A DNA stretch of 64,000 nt from the NCBI RefSeq assembly GCF_963921235.1, contig NC_086118.1:19036001-19100000 (forward strand), in the 5' to 3' direction. The position numbers and the translations under genes are program-made. The notes below the pieces were generated by a model that was given only the letters and a program-made list of their open reading frames with translations, was not told where the DNA came from and did no database searches. This DNA is from Mobula hypostoma (taxonomy: Eukaryota). Below are positions 1-13,500 of the stretch, in pieces (position 1 is the stretch's first letter; each line of letters starts with the position of its first letter).

Positions 1-348
1 CGTACTGCTGAGCATGGTGTGGGCGTGCTATGTTGGTGCTGGAATGTGTGGCAACACTTGTGGGCTGCCCTCAGCACATCATTAGGTTGTGATGGCTGTT
101 AACACAAACAATACTGTAAGTTTCAATGTACACGTGGTAAATAAATGAATCTGAAGCTAAATGCACTGATTGTGACCTCCGTGTGCCTTCCTTCACCAGC
201 ACAATTGCAGCCCCCATCGCTGGCAACTAATCCTCACCCCATCTCTTAACATCAGCTTTTGTAATTGACTCTTCCACTTATCAACTCAATCCCCGTCTTT
301 CCCTCCAACTCCCCCACAAATTCCTGGCCACAAACTTCCCTTTACATT

Positions 349-655
349 ATGAATAAACACTTCTCGGGCTTCCAGCTCGGTACAGGTATTGCTTTAATTG
401 ACATTTTGATGACAGACTCTGCCATCTTCATCAGGGATGATGCCTAGGCATGTCTAATCCAGTGGTATTTATATCCAGTCTTCTGAACCTCCTGATTGGT
501 TAGTCTTCATCCAATCAGGTTTCTGCTCTCCCACCTTGTTTACAATCACATGGGATTTGTCATCACAATGTCGGTTAAAATCGATGCCTGTACCCGGCAG
601 GAAGCCCAAGAAGAGTTTTTTCATCATATACGCTAGGAAAGCACTAGATCCTTTT
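349..655. mobile_element. Short fold-back element, probably Penelope-derived, with ~65-bp imperfect inverted arms
   Basis: 360-414 (cttctcgggcttccagctcggtacagg...gatgaca) is the near reverse complement of 558-613; the minus strand 396-437 reads CTGATGA-hairpin-AAAA-TGTC (hammerhead-like). Confidence 0.55.
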
Positions 656-2784
656 TCCATTTACATTCCTTATTTAAACAGATGGAAAGCCTTGAATGCT
701 GACTACATTCTAGACCATTACACCTTCACCAATGAGACTTCTGTAAAGCAAGCTACAGTGCTTTCATAAAACTACAGTTAAAGGTTGTCATTAACTCAAA
801 GAAGTTAAGATCAGTATGATGTATACTTCCTTGTAGATTAATTTAGCATGAGAATAGCCTCTGAAAATGGCTAATAATTATATCTATAATACATTTATAA
901 TAAAACAGTTGTACCAGCCAGCCCTCCGTACTGAGCAATAATTGTTAGTTTGAATGTACGAAGAGGTCATGATATTTCTACAGCCAAGAATTAGCCCCCA
1001 TAACTCTGAGTAATAAGTCTGTCATCTTGATACAGCTGAGTGAAATTTGGTTACAAATTAGAATCTTGGTTATGCAAATTCTATATTTTGGAATTGTTTC
1101 AACAAATATTTACTTATAAATATTTAATGCAGGCAGCCATAGGCTGAAAGTCATTGAAGTCATCAAGCTGGAGGCATATTCCTGTACATCTTATTCTTTT
1201 CTGTCTAGAAAAAAAGTCATTATTTTTGGACAGCACTGAGTTTCATAATATTATATCAATTTGCAGGTATAAAACACACGCTTCCTTTGAATTCTCTAGA
1301 TGAATCACATTCATAATACTTCTTCAAAATAGAATTTGAGATATTACAGCTAATCAGATAACAGTTTCTTCATAATTCCCAAAGTGAGAGAGATTGCCAT
1401 TCACAAACCTGTCCAGTAATTGCCAAATTGTATTTTAATGTACTTAGTTATTTTAATTTTCAATGTTTGCCATTAATAAATGGGTACTTTGGTAAAACAT
1501 GACCTTTCAAGTTACTGCGAACTGAACAGCCATGTTGCTAAGTTGCAGATCTTGCACAAATCTCCAAGGATCATTCTTAGATAATCCCACACAAAACAAT
1601 TGACCAGAGGGGGAAAGAATTTTTGTTTCTTAGCCTCCTACAAGGTAACAGTAAGGTTTGTCATAAAGAAGGCATTTGAATCTGCAGGCAAAGAAATGAG
1701 AAATATGGAAAGTTATTAATAATCCATTATGCAAACTTGATCCCATCAAAAGTGAAGCAAAATGCAATAAAGGAGTAATATCATTACATTTATAATGATG
1801 AGGTTTTATAATACCACTGCAAAGCCAATTATTGAGCAGTGGGGACAACTTGTAGCACAAACTGAACTCTAATTGTTAGAAATGAAAAAAATGAAATTAA
1901 TTTATTCAAAATTAAGTTTCAAATAAAATAATTTTGTTGGTGTGCCGTCAGATGCGTAATCCAAATAAGTGTTTTAATTAGAAACCATGTATTTCATTGT
2001 GTTTCGCAATTGCTTGCACAGCTAATTATTGTTTCTATAAAATAAATTCTGTTCAGGTTAAAGTCGTCATCTCTTCCTTATTAATGTTCCTTATTCATAG
2101 TTTCATAAATTAAGTTGTAGCCTGTAAAATGCTACAAACTATCTTTTCATTGTTAATTGGACTTCAATTTGCAAAAGACAAATTCAAGGGTTGTTCTGTT
2201 ATGACTTGAATTACATGGTGATGCTTTTGGATGTGTAGATTTCCCATAGCTAGTACCAGGTAAACTTGGAGCTTGTTAAGGCTGGGGAATAAATTAACCT
2301 ATCCATCAACAGTTGGCATCTATCCACTGGGAACTTGCACCCATCAGTTTGGAATTTCTCACCTCTCTCACATCTCTAAACCCTAAATCCTATCCAAAAA
2401 CAAAAAAAAAAGAGTTAAAGCTCCGCTCGGCTTTCACAAAATATCAATTTAACTTTAAAGCAAACAAAGCAAAGGGAAAGCAAGGTCCTTTTCAACTTAC
2501 CTGAAATGTAATATCAGGTGCAGTGACCCTGCATGATGCCCTAGAAATCCATTCACTCACTCAGTGAGGTTTTCAGTAGGATAGCAAAAGGATGTAAACC
2601 TTCCCACAGCAGGAAATTGTTTCCTCAGGTGTGCTTCTGTCACTTCATCAGTTTGATTCCCCTCTTGCCAAGTTACAGACCCACCATCTGTGCCACTAAA
2701 GCCAGCATAGCAACAACCTGCAATAATGTAACAGCTTTAAAAGAGTAAAAGAGCAAATCTCCTTACGCGTGAATCACAGGTGGG

Positions 2785-4135
2785 GATTCTGCTGAGGGAA
2801 TTTGAGTAGCTAGGGACGAGTTTAAAGCACAGAATCATAAAGGTAATAATCTCTGGAACGCTTCCTGAGCCATGTGCAAGTTGACACAGGATTAATAGAA
2901 GATCAGAAAATTAAATGTGTAGCTCAAAGATTGGTGTGAGAGAAGTGGGTTTGAATCTGTGGGACATTGGCACCAGTAATGGGGGGAGGAGGGAGCTGTT
3001 CCAATGGTGTGGACTCCACCTGAACCATTTTTGGATCAGAGTTCTGGCGAATCATATAACTAAGCCTGTGGATATAGTTTTAAACTAAATCGTAGGGGGT
3101 GTATTCAACAACTTGGAAAGGTATGGATAATGTAACAGGGAAGGAGAGTGCAGGAGAGGTTAAAGAATTCTCCAGAATAAAGAATAAGATAAAAGTGTTT
3201 AGAAAGGGATAAGAGTTTAAGTTCAGGGAAGACAGAGATAAAATTGAAAAGGCTGGTGAAAATAGGACTGAAGATATAATATTTGAATGCACACAGTGTA
3301 CATAATAAGGTAGGTGATCTTGTGGCGCAGTTAGAAATTGGCAGATATGACACTGGACATTACTGAGTTATGGTTGAAAGAGAACCACAGCTGGGAGCCT
3401 AATATCTAAGGATACGCATAGTAATGAAAGGGCATGCAGGTGGGCAGAAGAGGGAGAGTGGTTTTATTGGTAAAAAAATGAAACAAAATCCTTAGAAAGA
3501 AAAGACACTGCTGGGAGTTGAATGCAGGCCTCCAAACAGTAGCCAGAATATGGGATACAAATTACTACGGGAGTTTGAAAAAGCACATAAACAGGGCAAT
3601 GTTGCAGTCGTCATCAGGGATTCCAACATGAAGGTAGATTGGGAAAATCAGGTTGGTGTTGGATCCCAGGAGAAGGAATTGGACTGCCATTTGGAGTTTA
3701 ATCTGGGTAAGCACAAAGTGTTTCACTTGGGCAGGTCAAATGTAATGGGAAAGTGTACAGTAAATGGCAGAACACTTTGGAGCATCTGTGTACAGAAGGA
3801 TCTTGGGGTGCAAATCCATAGCTCCTGAAAGTGGTAAAGAAGGCACATGGCATGCTCATCTCCATCAGTCAGGTCTTTGAATATAAGAGAAAGAAAGTCA
3901 TGTTACAACTGTATAAACATTTGTTTAGACCATATTTGTAATAGGTGTGCTGTTCCAGATGCCCTATTACTGGGACGATATGGAGTCTCTGGAAAGGGTC
4001 CAGAAGAGGTTCACCCAGAAGCTGCGTGGATTAGTGAGTATTAGCTGTAAGGAGTGATTGGACAAACTTGTGTTTTTATTACTTTCTCTGGAGTGCTAGT
4101 GACTGAGGGAAGACCTGATAGATGTTTACAAAATG
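2785..4135 (+). mobile_element. Decayed CR1 LINE (ORF1 SGNH-esterase end, ORF2 endonuclease start, RT C-terminal piece)
   Basis: Conceptual translation gives LLREFE..KVIISG..LPEP and GHWHQ..RELFQW.GLHLNH (ORF1), then YLNAHSV.NKV.DL..QLE...YD and ITE.WL (APE endonuclease), then EFNLGKHKVFHLGRSN..QKDLGVQIHSS; many stops and deletions. Confidence 0.8.
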
Positions 4136-4139
4136 TACA

Positions 4140-6015
4140 GGGAGCATGACCACCTCTCCCTAGCATTCTCCTGGCCAATGTGCAGTCACTGGAGAGCAAG
4201 GTAAAGGACCTAAGGGCAAGGTTACTGTATTGGAAGGAAATGAGATATTGCGATGTTCTCTGATTCACTGAGACATGGTTCACCCTTGACATTCCAGACA
4301 TCACGATCCATACCAAGAGGTTCTCAATCTAACTGATGGACTAGTTGGTGGCAGAGATGGCATTTCTGCATATGATAAGCTCATTCTGGTGCTTGTAAGT
4401 AGAGGACTTGAATCACTTTTGTTCTTCCAACCTGGAACATCTAACGACAAAGTTTTAACTGTTCTACTTACCATGAGAGTTTTCTGCCATGATCCTGACT
4501 GCAGTATACATACTGGCAAAGGTAGATATCAAGCAGGCACTGGATATATTGAGAGCCATAAGGAACAACAAACAGTCTAATCTGATGCCTTTCACATCCT
4601 TACTGGGGACTTCATTCAGGCATGCTTGAAGAAATCTCTGACGAGCTACCATCAGCACATCACCTGCAGCAACAGAAGACCCACCACACTCGACCACTGT
4701 TACACCACCACCCAGAGTGCTTACTGTTCCACCTCTTGAGGGTATTTCGGGAAATCTGATCATCTGGCTCTCCTCCTCCTATTTGCATATAGACGGAGAC
4801 TAAAGAGCAAAGCAGCAGAGATAATTTCAACAAAGAGATGCCCATGGGAGGCAGAGGACCACCTACAGGATTGCTTTGAGTCGGTCGACTGGTCCATGTT
4901 CAAGGACTCATCAGAAGGCCTGAATGAATATGCCACGGTTGTCATGGACTTTATAAAGACAATCATAGACACTGTGTCCTCACAAAATCATTCAGTATTT
5001 TCCCCCAGTAGAAGCCCTGGTTGAAACAAGGGATTCGCATTCTGCTGAGGGCTAAACTGGTGGTATTGAGGACTGGCAACCCAGGAGAGTACAAGAGGTC
5101 CATGCATGACACTTGGAAAGCCATCTGACATGTAAAGTGACAATTCCAGACTAAACCTGAGGGCTGCTCAGCCCCTGTGGCAGGTCTTCAATGCCATCAC
5201 TTCCTGAAAAACCAGGCAGCATAAGTGACAACGAGGTTCCACTTCCAGAAGAGCTCAATGCCTTTCATGCTCACTTTGACCAACAGAACATAGAGGCACC
5301 TTCACAAACCACCACAGTCCCCAGTGATCCTGCGATTTCAGTCTCTGAGGCCCATGTGAGAGCATCCTTCAGGCATGTGGGCATGTGGAAAGCATCTGGC
5401 CCAAGCAGCGTATCTGGCTGACTGTTCAAGACCTGTGCTAACTAACTGGTTGGCATGTTCACAGACATCTTCAGCCTCTCGTTTCGGTAGTCTGAGACAC
5501 TCAGCTAGTTCAACCAATCATACAGGTGCCCAATAAGTATGTGGTAGTCTGTCTCACTAACTATTGTCCAGTAGCACTTATATCCATTGTGCTGAATGAC
5601 TTTGAGAGGTTGATCATGAACCATATCAACTCCTGCATGAGGAGTGACCTGAATCAATTCCAATTTGCCTGCCATCACAACAGGTCAACAGCAAAAGTCA
5701 TTTCATTGGCTCTTCATTCGTGCACTAGACAATGAACGGACAGAACATCAGGATGCTTTTCATTGACTACAGCTCAGCATTCATCCCCTTGAAGCAAATC
5801 ACTGAGCTTCTTGATCTCCCTTTGCAACTAGATCCTCAATTTCCTCACTTGCAGACCCTAGTCAGTACAGAGCAGCAACATCATCTCCTCCACAATCACC
5901 ATTGCTTTATACCTATGATTCTGTGGCCAAGTACAATTTCCAATGCCATATTCTGCTGATGACACCACTGTTGTTGGCTGAATTAAAGGTGATGACTAAT
6001 TGGCATAGTGAAAAT
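4140..6015 (+). mobile_element. Decayed Rex1/Babar-type LINE inserted into the CR1
   Basis: LPSILLANVQSLESK..DL and FTETW (endonuclease); CLTNYCPVALISIVLNDFERL and [12 protein letters not shown] (RT), typical of the Rex1/Babar clade. Confidence 0.8.
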
Positions 6016-6019
6016 CTGG

Positions 6020-6292
6020 TGGAAAAGCCAAATACTAGTGCATATAGCTTTAAGATAAGAGGAGTATGTTATTTTACACAAAGTGCCAGGAGTCTGAAAT
6101 GAGCTACCAGGATTATTGGCAAAAGGAGACATGATAGTGGTATTTAAGAAGCATTTAGATAGGTACATTATCATGCCAGGAATAGAGGGATATGAATCAC
6201 ATGCAGGCAGATAGGTTTAGTTTAATTTGGCATCATGTTCGACGTAGATATTGTGGGCTGAAGGAGCTGATTCTGTTCTTTGTCCTATGTTA
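6020..6292 (+). mobile_element. CR1 3' end (continuation of 2785-4135)
   Basis: catatagctttaag...tttagataggtacat...gggctgaagg...ctatgtt resembles the other CR1 3' ends in the window. Confidence 0.7.
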
Positions 6293-8227
6293 CACAAAAG
6301 GAACTCAGGATGTCCTTGCACTGAAATACATTACACCTTTAAATAAAAGAACAAATTTTATAGGTACATGAAGGCCAATGTCCCATAGAAAATCCAAGTT
6401 TTAAAATGCTGTGGAGGAATGGGAGCGTGCAGGAGGTTCATCAAATCACTGATGACAGTAACATCCGTGGATTCTTCAGCGCTGTAGTGCGAGTGGCCAA
6501 GGAGCCATCACGCTGAAATCAAGAACAATCGAAAGGTTACCAAGGACAAAGGGTAAATCAGTGTCCTTCAGAAAGAGTATTTTCTTACTCATGACTCAAC
6601 CCATAACAGCATTGCCACTTAGTCCTTGCCATTGTAAATGATCTGCTCCAGACTCACTGCCATTGCAGGGTGAAAATAGCAATCACTCAGGAACAGATAG
6701 TATCCTTGTTGAAGTTCTTCAGAATGGTGCAGAGGCACTTCAATCACTGATCATGACCTACAATTCCAGGCTGAGCTTTACAAAGGCACAAAACAGAGGG
6801 ATTCATAAGCAGTTTACTTTAGAATAACCTTCACACTCAAGGTTAAAGAGTGGAGACCCAGAAATTATTCTGAATTACCTGTTGCTACTATGAAGCCAAC
6901 TCTTTGATATTTCTACCTTGCATAATCATTAAAATGACTCCTTGAATTCTTATATTTAGAGACTAAATACTGCTTCAATAGTGGATGGAAGCCTGTGGAA
7001 TTTTCCGTTATTGTCATGATATTCCATGCATGTTTTTCTGTTCTTGTTCAAGTACTGATTTTTAAAACTGGATCAAGTGGTCCCTTATTTGTAAATATTG
7101 GAAGAAATGACATGGTAAATCAGAAATCAGTTTTGAAACAACACAGAGGCTAAATTCTAACAATGGAACACAGTACCTGGTAAAAATTTTAGAGTGGTAA
7201 AGGTTTCACAACATTGAAAGAGAAAAAGACAGGCAGTGAGCAAAATGTAACAGAGTTACAGTGTTTCAGCACAATGATATAGAGTTTGCCCCGGCATGTG
7301 CAGAAACACAAAAGATGCTCAAGTCTTGATGCTCATTGGCACTGTTTTCTCATCAGCCTTCAGGATTTCATTGTGCTCTCACTACCTATAATAAAATTGC
7401 AATGAGAAGGAGAAGAACTACTTTATAATGATTTTAATATGTATAATTGGCGAGTTCCAAGCACACGTGACCCAATACACTCACAGCTCAGGAGAAATAG
7501 TTGGGATTTTGGTTAAAGAAACCTTTTTTGGTGTAGGTATAGTGTTGGAGTTGATGGGATATTGGGAAGTACCTTGAATCAGGTGAGCTAAAGAGGAGAT
7601 GATGCTGCTCAGGCAGACAAAGTGAAAGAGCATACCAGGAGTTTCTATAGCTGTATTAAGAGTAAAAGGGTAGTAAGGGACAACATTGGTCTGCTTGAAG
7701 ATCAACATGGTCATCTATTTATGGAGGGAAAAAGAGATGGGGAGATGTTAAATGAATTTCTTCCGTATTTGCTCAAGAGACAGACACAGATTGTAATCCT
7801 GAGGTACAAGTGTAGTGAGGTTGTGGAGTATATCTAGATTACAGCTATCCAGATGAGTTAGCATGAATAAATCCCCAGGCCTGCCAAGGTATTCACTTAG
7901 ACCTTGCAGGAGGATAGTGCAGAAATTGCAGGAGTCTGGTAGAGATGCTAAATGTGTCCTTAGCAATGGGTGGTGTGCTGGATGACTAGAAGATAGCTAA
8001 TGTTGTTCTGTTGGTCAAGAAAGTCTCTAAGAATAAGTCTGGAATTTATAGGAAAGTGAGCCTCCTTTCAGTCATGGGTAAGTTACTGGAGGGTGTTCTA
8101 AGGGACAGGATATGTAAGTATTTGATTAGACGGGCATGATCAGGATAGTTGACATGTCCTTATGCGTGGTAGGTTGTGTTTTGCTCATCACATGGAGTTT
8201 TTCGAAGAGGCTACCATGAAAACCGAT

Positions 8228-9679
8228 AAGATCATAAGACAAAGAGCAGAATTAGGCCATTTGGCCCATTGAGTCGGTTCTGCCTTTCCATCATGTCTGA
8301 CTTATTATCCTTCCATTCTCCTGCCTTTTACCCATAATCTTTGACACCCACACTAATTAGGAACCAATCAACCTCTGTTTTAAATGTATCCAATGATTTG
8401 GCATCCACAGCTATCTGTGACAATGAATTCCACAGATTTGCCACCCTTTGGTTAAAGAAATAACCCCTCATCTCCATTCTTTTGTGATGCCCTTCTGTTC
8501 CAACGCTGAGCTCCCCCTCCATAAGAGACATGCTCTCCATGTCCCTATCCAGACTTTTCAGTACTCAACAGATTTCAATGAAATCCCCCTCTCCCATTCT
8601 TCTAAACTCTAGTGAGTCAGTGAGTACAAGCACTGTGCCATTAAATGCTCCTCATACATTACCCCTGCCATTCCTGGGATCATTTCTCCTCTGTACTCTC
8701 TCCAATGCCAGCACACCTTTTCTTAGGTAAGGGGCACAAAAGTGCTCATAATACTACAAGTGCAGTCTGACCAATTCCTGTAAGGCCTCAGCATTACTAT
8801 CTTGCTTTTATACTCTAGTCCTCTTGAAATGAATGCTAGCATTGCAGTTGCCTTCCTTACTACCAACTCAACCTGCAAATTAACCTTTAGGGAATTCTAC
8901 ACAAGAACTCCAAAGTCCCTTTGCACTTCAGAGTTTTCTCCCTGTTTAGAAAATGGTCTGCATGTTTGTTTCAACTAGTAAAGTGCTTGACCATGCACTT
9001 CCCTAACTATGTTCAATCTGCCACTCTTTGCCTATTATCTTAATCTGGCTAATTCCTACAACATCTAGTAACTCCCCTTTATCTATCCTGCTTGTTATTT
9101 CTTCAAAGAATTTCAACAGATTTGTCAGACAAGATTTCCCCTTATGGAAACCATGCTGACTTTAGCCTATTTTATCATGTGCCTTTAAGTACTCTGAAAC
9201 CTCAGCCTTAATAATGGACTCCAACATCTTCCCAACCACTTAATTCAGGCTAACTAGCCTATAATTTCCTGCCATTTCCCTCCCTCCCTTGTTAAAGTGT
9301 GGGCTGATCTTTGCAACTTTCCAGGGTTCCGGAATCATTCAAGAATCTAGTGATTCTTGAAAGATCACTATTACTGTTTCCACAATCTTTTCAGCTACCT
9401 CTTTTAGAACTCTGAGGTGTAGTCCATCTGGTGCAAATGACTTATCCACCTTCTGATCTTTCAGCTTCCCAAGCACCTTCTCCTTTGTAATAGCAGCAAC
9501 ACTCACTTCTGCCTCTTAACGCTCTTGAATTTCTGGCATACTGCTAGTGTCTTCGATAGTGAAGAATACGTAAAATACTTAGTAAATTTGTCTGTGATTT
9601 CCCCCCATGGCTACCTGTCCAGAGTGATTATTCAATGGTCTAATTTTCACTTTCAGTTCTCTTTTATTCTTTATACATC
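8228..9679 (-). mobile_element. CR1 LINE, opposite orientation, nested in the CR1
   Basis: Begins with a reverse-complement CR1 3' tail (cataagac..gcagaattaggccat); ORF 8328-8540 has FFNQRVANLWNSL..FKTEVD. Confidence 0.8.
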
Positions 9680-10305
9680 TGATGGAGTAAAGGCAGCAGA
9701 TGTTGCTCTCATGGACTTTAACAAGGCTTTTGACAAAGATCCACATGGAAAACTGGGTCAGAAGTTTAAGTCCCTTAAAGGTAGTCAATTAGATTCAACA
9801 TTGCCTAAATGGGAGATGCCAGTGAGGTGCTAGTAGGTTGCTGTTTCTGATTGGAAGCCTGTGACTACTGGTGTGGCAGAGGATTTGGTGCTGGACCTAC
9901 TGTTGGTTATCATCTATATTAAAGATATTGATGATAATGTGGTAAACTGAATCAGCAAACTTGCAGATTACACCAAGATTGGAGGCAAAGTATATTTTCT
10001 AAACTTACGGTGTGATCTGTAAAAATGGGCTGAAAAATGGCAGACGGATTTTAATGCAGACCAGTGGAAGGTGTTGCACTTTAGGCCAAACCAAGATGAG
10101 AGAGTGAATGGTAGAGCTCTGGGGTATGTGACATAATAAGACGATCTGGGAATACAAATCTCTAACTCCTTGAATTTCGCATCACTGGTAGATAGGTCAT
10201 AAAGAGAGCTTTTGGTACGTTGAACTTCATAAATGAGAGAATTGAGTGCAGGGGTTGGACTGTTGTGATGACATTGTATAAGGTGTTGGTGAGGACAAAT
10301 TTGCA

Positions 10306-11967
10306 CTTCAGAAGCAAGTTTAATATTGCTAGCATATGTCATGAAATTTGTGGCTTTGCGGCAGCAGGTTATTACAATACATATTAATAAAAACACTATA
10401 AATCTCTATTTTAAAATGTGTATATAATTAAATAAGTAGTGCAAAAAAAAAAGGAACAAAATAGTGAGGTAGTGTTTATGGGTTCATTGTCTACTCGGAA
10501 ATCTGATGGTGGAGAGGAAGAAGCTGTTCCTGAATAGTTCAATGTGTGTCTTTAGGCTCCTGTACCTCCTTCTTAATGTCAGCAATGAGAAGAGGACATA
10601 TCCTGGATAATGGGGATCCTTAATGCTGGATGTCACCTCTTTGAGGCATCATCTTTTGACGCTGGGGTGGATAGTGCTCATGATGGAACTGGCTAAGTTT
10701 ACAACTTTCTGCAGCATTTTCCAATCCTGTGTAGTGGCCCCAGTTGGAGATGCTGTTCAAGGTACATCTGCAGAAATTTGTGAGTTTCCTCAAACTCCTA
10801 ATGAAATATTACCACTGTTGTGCCTTCTATGTATTCACATCAATATGTTGGATCCGGAATAGGTCTTCAGAGATGTTGACACCGAGGAACTTGAAACTGC
10901 TCACCCTTTCCACAGCTGATTCCTGGATAAGGACTGGTGTGTGTTCCTTTGACTTCCCCTTCCTGAAGTCCACAATCAATTACTTGGTTTTACTGATAGT
11001 GAGTGCACGGTTGTTGTTGCAACACCACTCAACCAGCTGATCTATCTCACTTTAATATGCCTTCTCTTCACCATCTGAAAGTTTACCAATAATAGTTGTG
11101 CCTTCAGCAGATTTATAGATGCTGTTTGAGCCATGCCTAGCCAACAGTCGTAGGTGTTGACAGAGTAGAGCAGTTGGCTAAGCATACATCCTTGAGGTGC
11201 ACCAGTGTTGGTTGCCAGTGAAGAGGAGATGTTATTTCCAATCTGCACAGACTGTGGTCTCCTGGTGAGGAAGTCAAATATCCATTTGCAGAGGGAAGTG
11301 CAGACATCCAGGTTTTGGAGCTTGGTGATTAGAACTGAGTGTATGATTGTGCCAAATGCTGAGCTAGAATCAATAAACAGCAGACTGATCATACAATAGG
11401 TATTATTACTGTCCAGGTGATCGGAGGCTGAGTTGAGAGCCTATGAGATTGCATCCAGTGTAGACCTTTTGTGGCAATAGGCAAATTACAGTAGGCCCAG
11501 GTCCTTGCTTAGGCAGGAGCTGATTCCAGCTATGACCAGCCTGTCAAAGCACTTCCCCACAGTAGATGTGAGTGCCACTGGGTGATAGTTGTTGAGGCAG
11601 CTCGGCCTGCTCTTCTTGGACACTGGTATGATTGTCACCCTTTTGAAACACATTCTAACCTCAGCCTGTGGCAGTGAGAGATTGTACGTTCTTGTATGCA
11701 GGTTTTCAGAATTCTCCCAGCATACTATCAGTGCCTGACACCTTGCAAGGATTTACCTTCTTGAAAAATGTTCTGATATTGGCTTCCGAGACAGAGAGCA
11801 CAGGGTCATCAGATGCTGCAGGGTGCAGTTTTATTCTTCCCTTCAAAGCGCACATAGAAGTCGAAAGCATCACTGCCATTCATAATGTCAGGTTCACTTT
11901 GCAGGAAGTAATGACCTGCAAACCCTGCCAGACTTGATGTGCATATGATTCCACCTCTAACCTCAGT
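10306..11967 (-). mobile_element. Rex1/Babar LINE, 5'-truncated
   Basis: ORF 11042-11392 LLFIDSSSAF..TGAPQGCMLS; family 3' tail at 10306-10360; approximate TSD caaatttgca/caacttgga. Confidence 0.8.
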
Positions 11968-12275
11968 CAACTTGGAGTATTGTGTGCACTTATTGTCATT
12001 TGTCATCTACCTGCAGCACAGATATCAATAAACTTGAAAGCGTGTAAAAAAAAACAAGGATATTGCCTGGATTTGAGGACCTGAGTTAAAGGGGAAGGTT
12101 GAATAGGGCAGGCTTTTCCCTGTCAAATTGAATGAGACTGAGACCAGGTGTCATGGATTTAGTGTGAAAGGTGAAATATTTAATGGGAATTTGAGGGGAA
12201 CTTCTTTGCTCAAAGGGTAGTGTGAGTGTGCAATGAGCTGACAACAGGAGTGATGGATATGGGTTCAATTATATT

Positions 12276-13500
12276 ATTTGCCTTTTGCCTACCAGGAGCA
12301 TGTTGGAGTCAGTGATGCTGTCATCTGCCTGCTGAACAGAGCCTGCTCCCATTTGGATAAGCAGGGCAGCACTGTGAGGATCATGTTTTTTGATTTCTCA
12401 AGAGCCTTCAAAAGTGTAAAGCCCTCATTGCTGGGGGAAAAGCTCCATTCAATGCAGATTGGCACTTCCATTGTATCCTGGACAATGGACGACTTGACTG
12501 GCAGACCACAGTATGTGCGGCTCTAGAGCTGTGTGTCAGATAGGGCTATAAGCAGTACTGGGGCCCTACAGGGAACTGTATTCACTCCCTTCCTGTATAC
12601 CCTGTATACCTCGGACTTCAGATACAACACTGAATCATGTTATCTGCAGAAATACCCTGATGACTCAGCAATAGTTGGGTGTATAAAGGGAGGACAGAAG
12701 GATGAATACGGGACCCTGGTGGAGAACTTAGTCAAACTGTGCAAACTGAATCATCTGCAGCTCAACATCAGGAAGACAAAGGAGATGGTGATGGACTAAG
12801 GAAGACTAAGCTTGCATTGCACCCTGTTACTATTGATGGTGAGGACATGGACGTGGTGAGGACCTACAAGTACCTGGGGCTGCACTTGGATGACAGATTT
12901 GAGTGGAGCGCCAACGCAGAGGCTGTGTACAAGAAAGGCCAGAGTCACCTGTACACCCTGAGGACACTGAGGTCCTTTGGAGTATGCAGGACTCTCCTTC
13001 ACATGTTCCACCAGTCTGCTGTTGCCAGTACAACCTTCTATGTGGTGGTGTGCTGGGGCAGTGGCATCAACATGGATGATGCCAACAGGCTCAATACACT
13101 GATTAGAAAAGCTGGCTCTGTGATATGAGTCAAACTGGACAGGCTGTGTTAGAACAAAGGATCCACTGGAAAATCCTGGCAATTCTGGACAATGTTTCTT
13201 ATCCTTTACATGCCACCTCAGCTGAACAGAGGAGCACTTCTAGTAATAGACGAAGGCAACTGCACTGCTACAAGAGTGCTATATGAGGTCATTCTTACCC
13301 TTGACCAATAGGCTCTATAATGAGTCAACCTATAGCCGGGGAGGTGATGACACCCTCCTGATAGACTGTTTGTGGTATACTATTTTTTATTCTTCCTACT
13401 TCTCTTCCAATATTTATATCTCCTCACTTGTAATGCTACCGTGACTCTGTAATTTCCTTTGGGATCAATAAAGTATCTATCTATCTATCTCTCTATCTAC
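12276..13500 (+). mobile_element. Rex1/Babar LINE (distinct subfamily), 5'-truncated
   Basis: RIMFFDFSRAF, TGALQGTVFTPFLY, KYPDDSAIVG, YKYLGLHLD; ends in aataaag(tatc)n. Confidence 0.85.

Noticed and set aside
1114..1204. Possible 91-nt minus-strand exon
   Set aside because: Acceptor is plausible but the donor (TAA|gtaaat) is weak and no recognisable peptide results.
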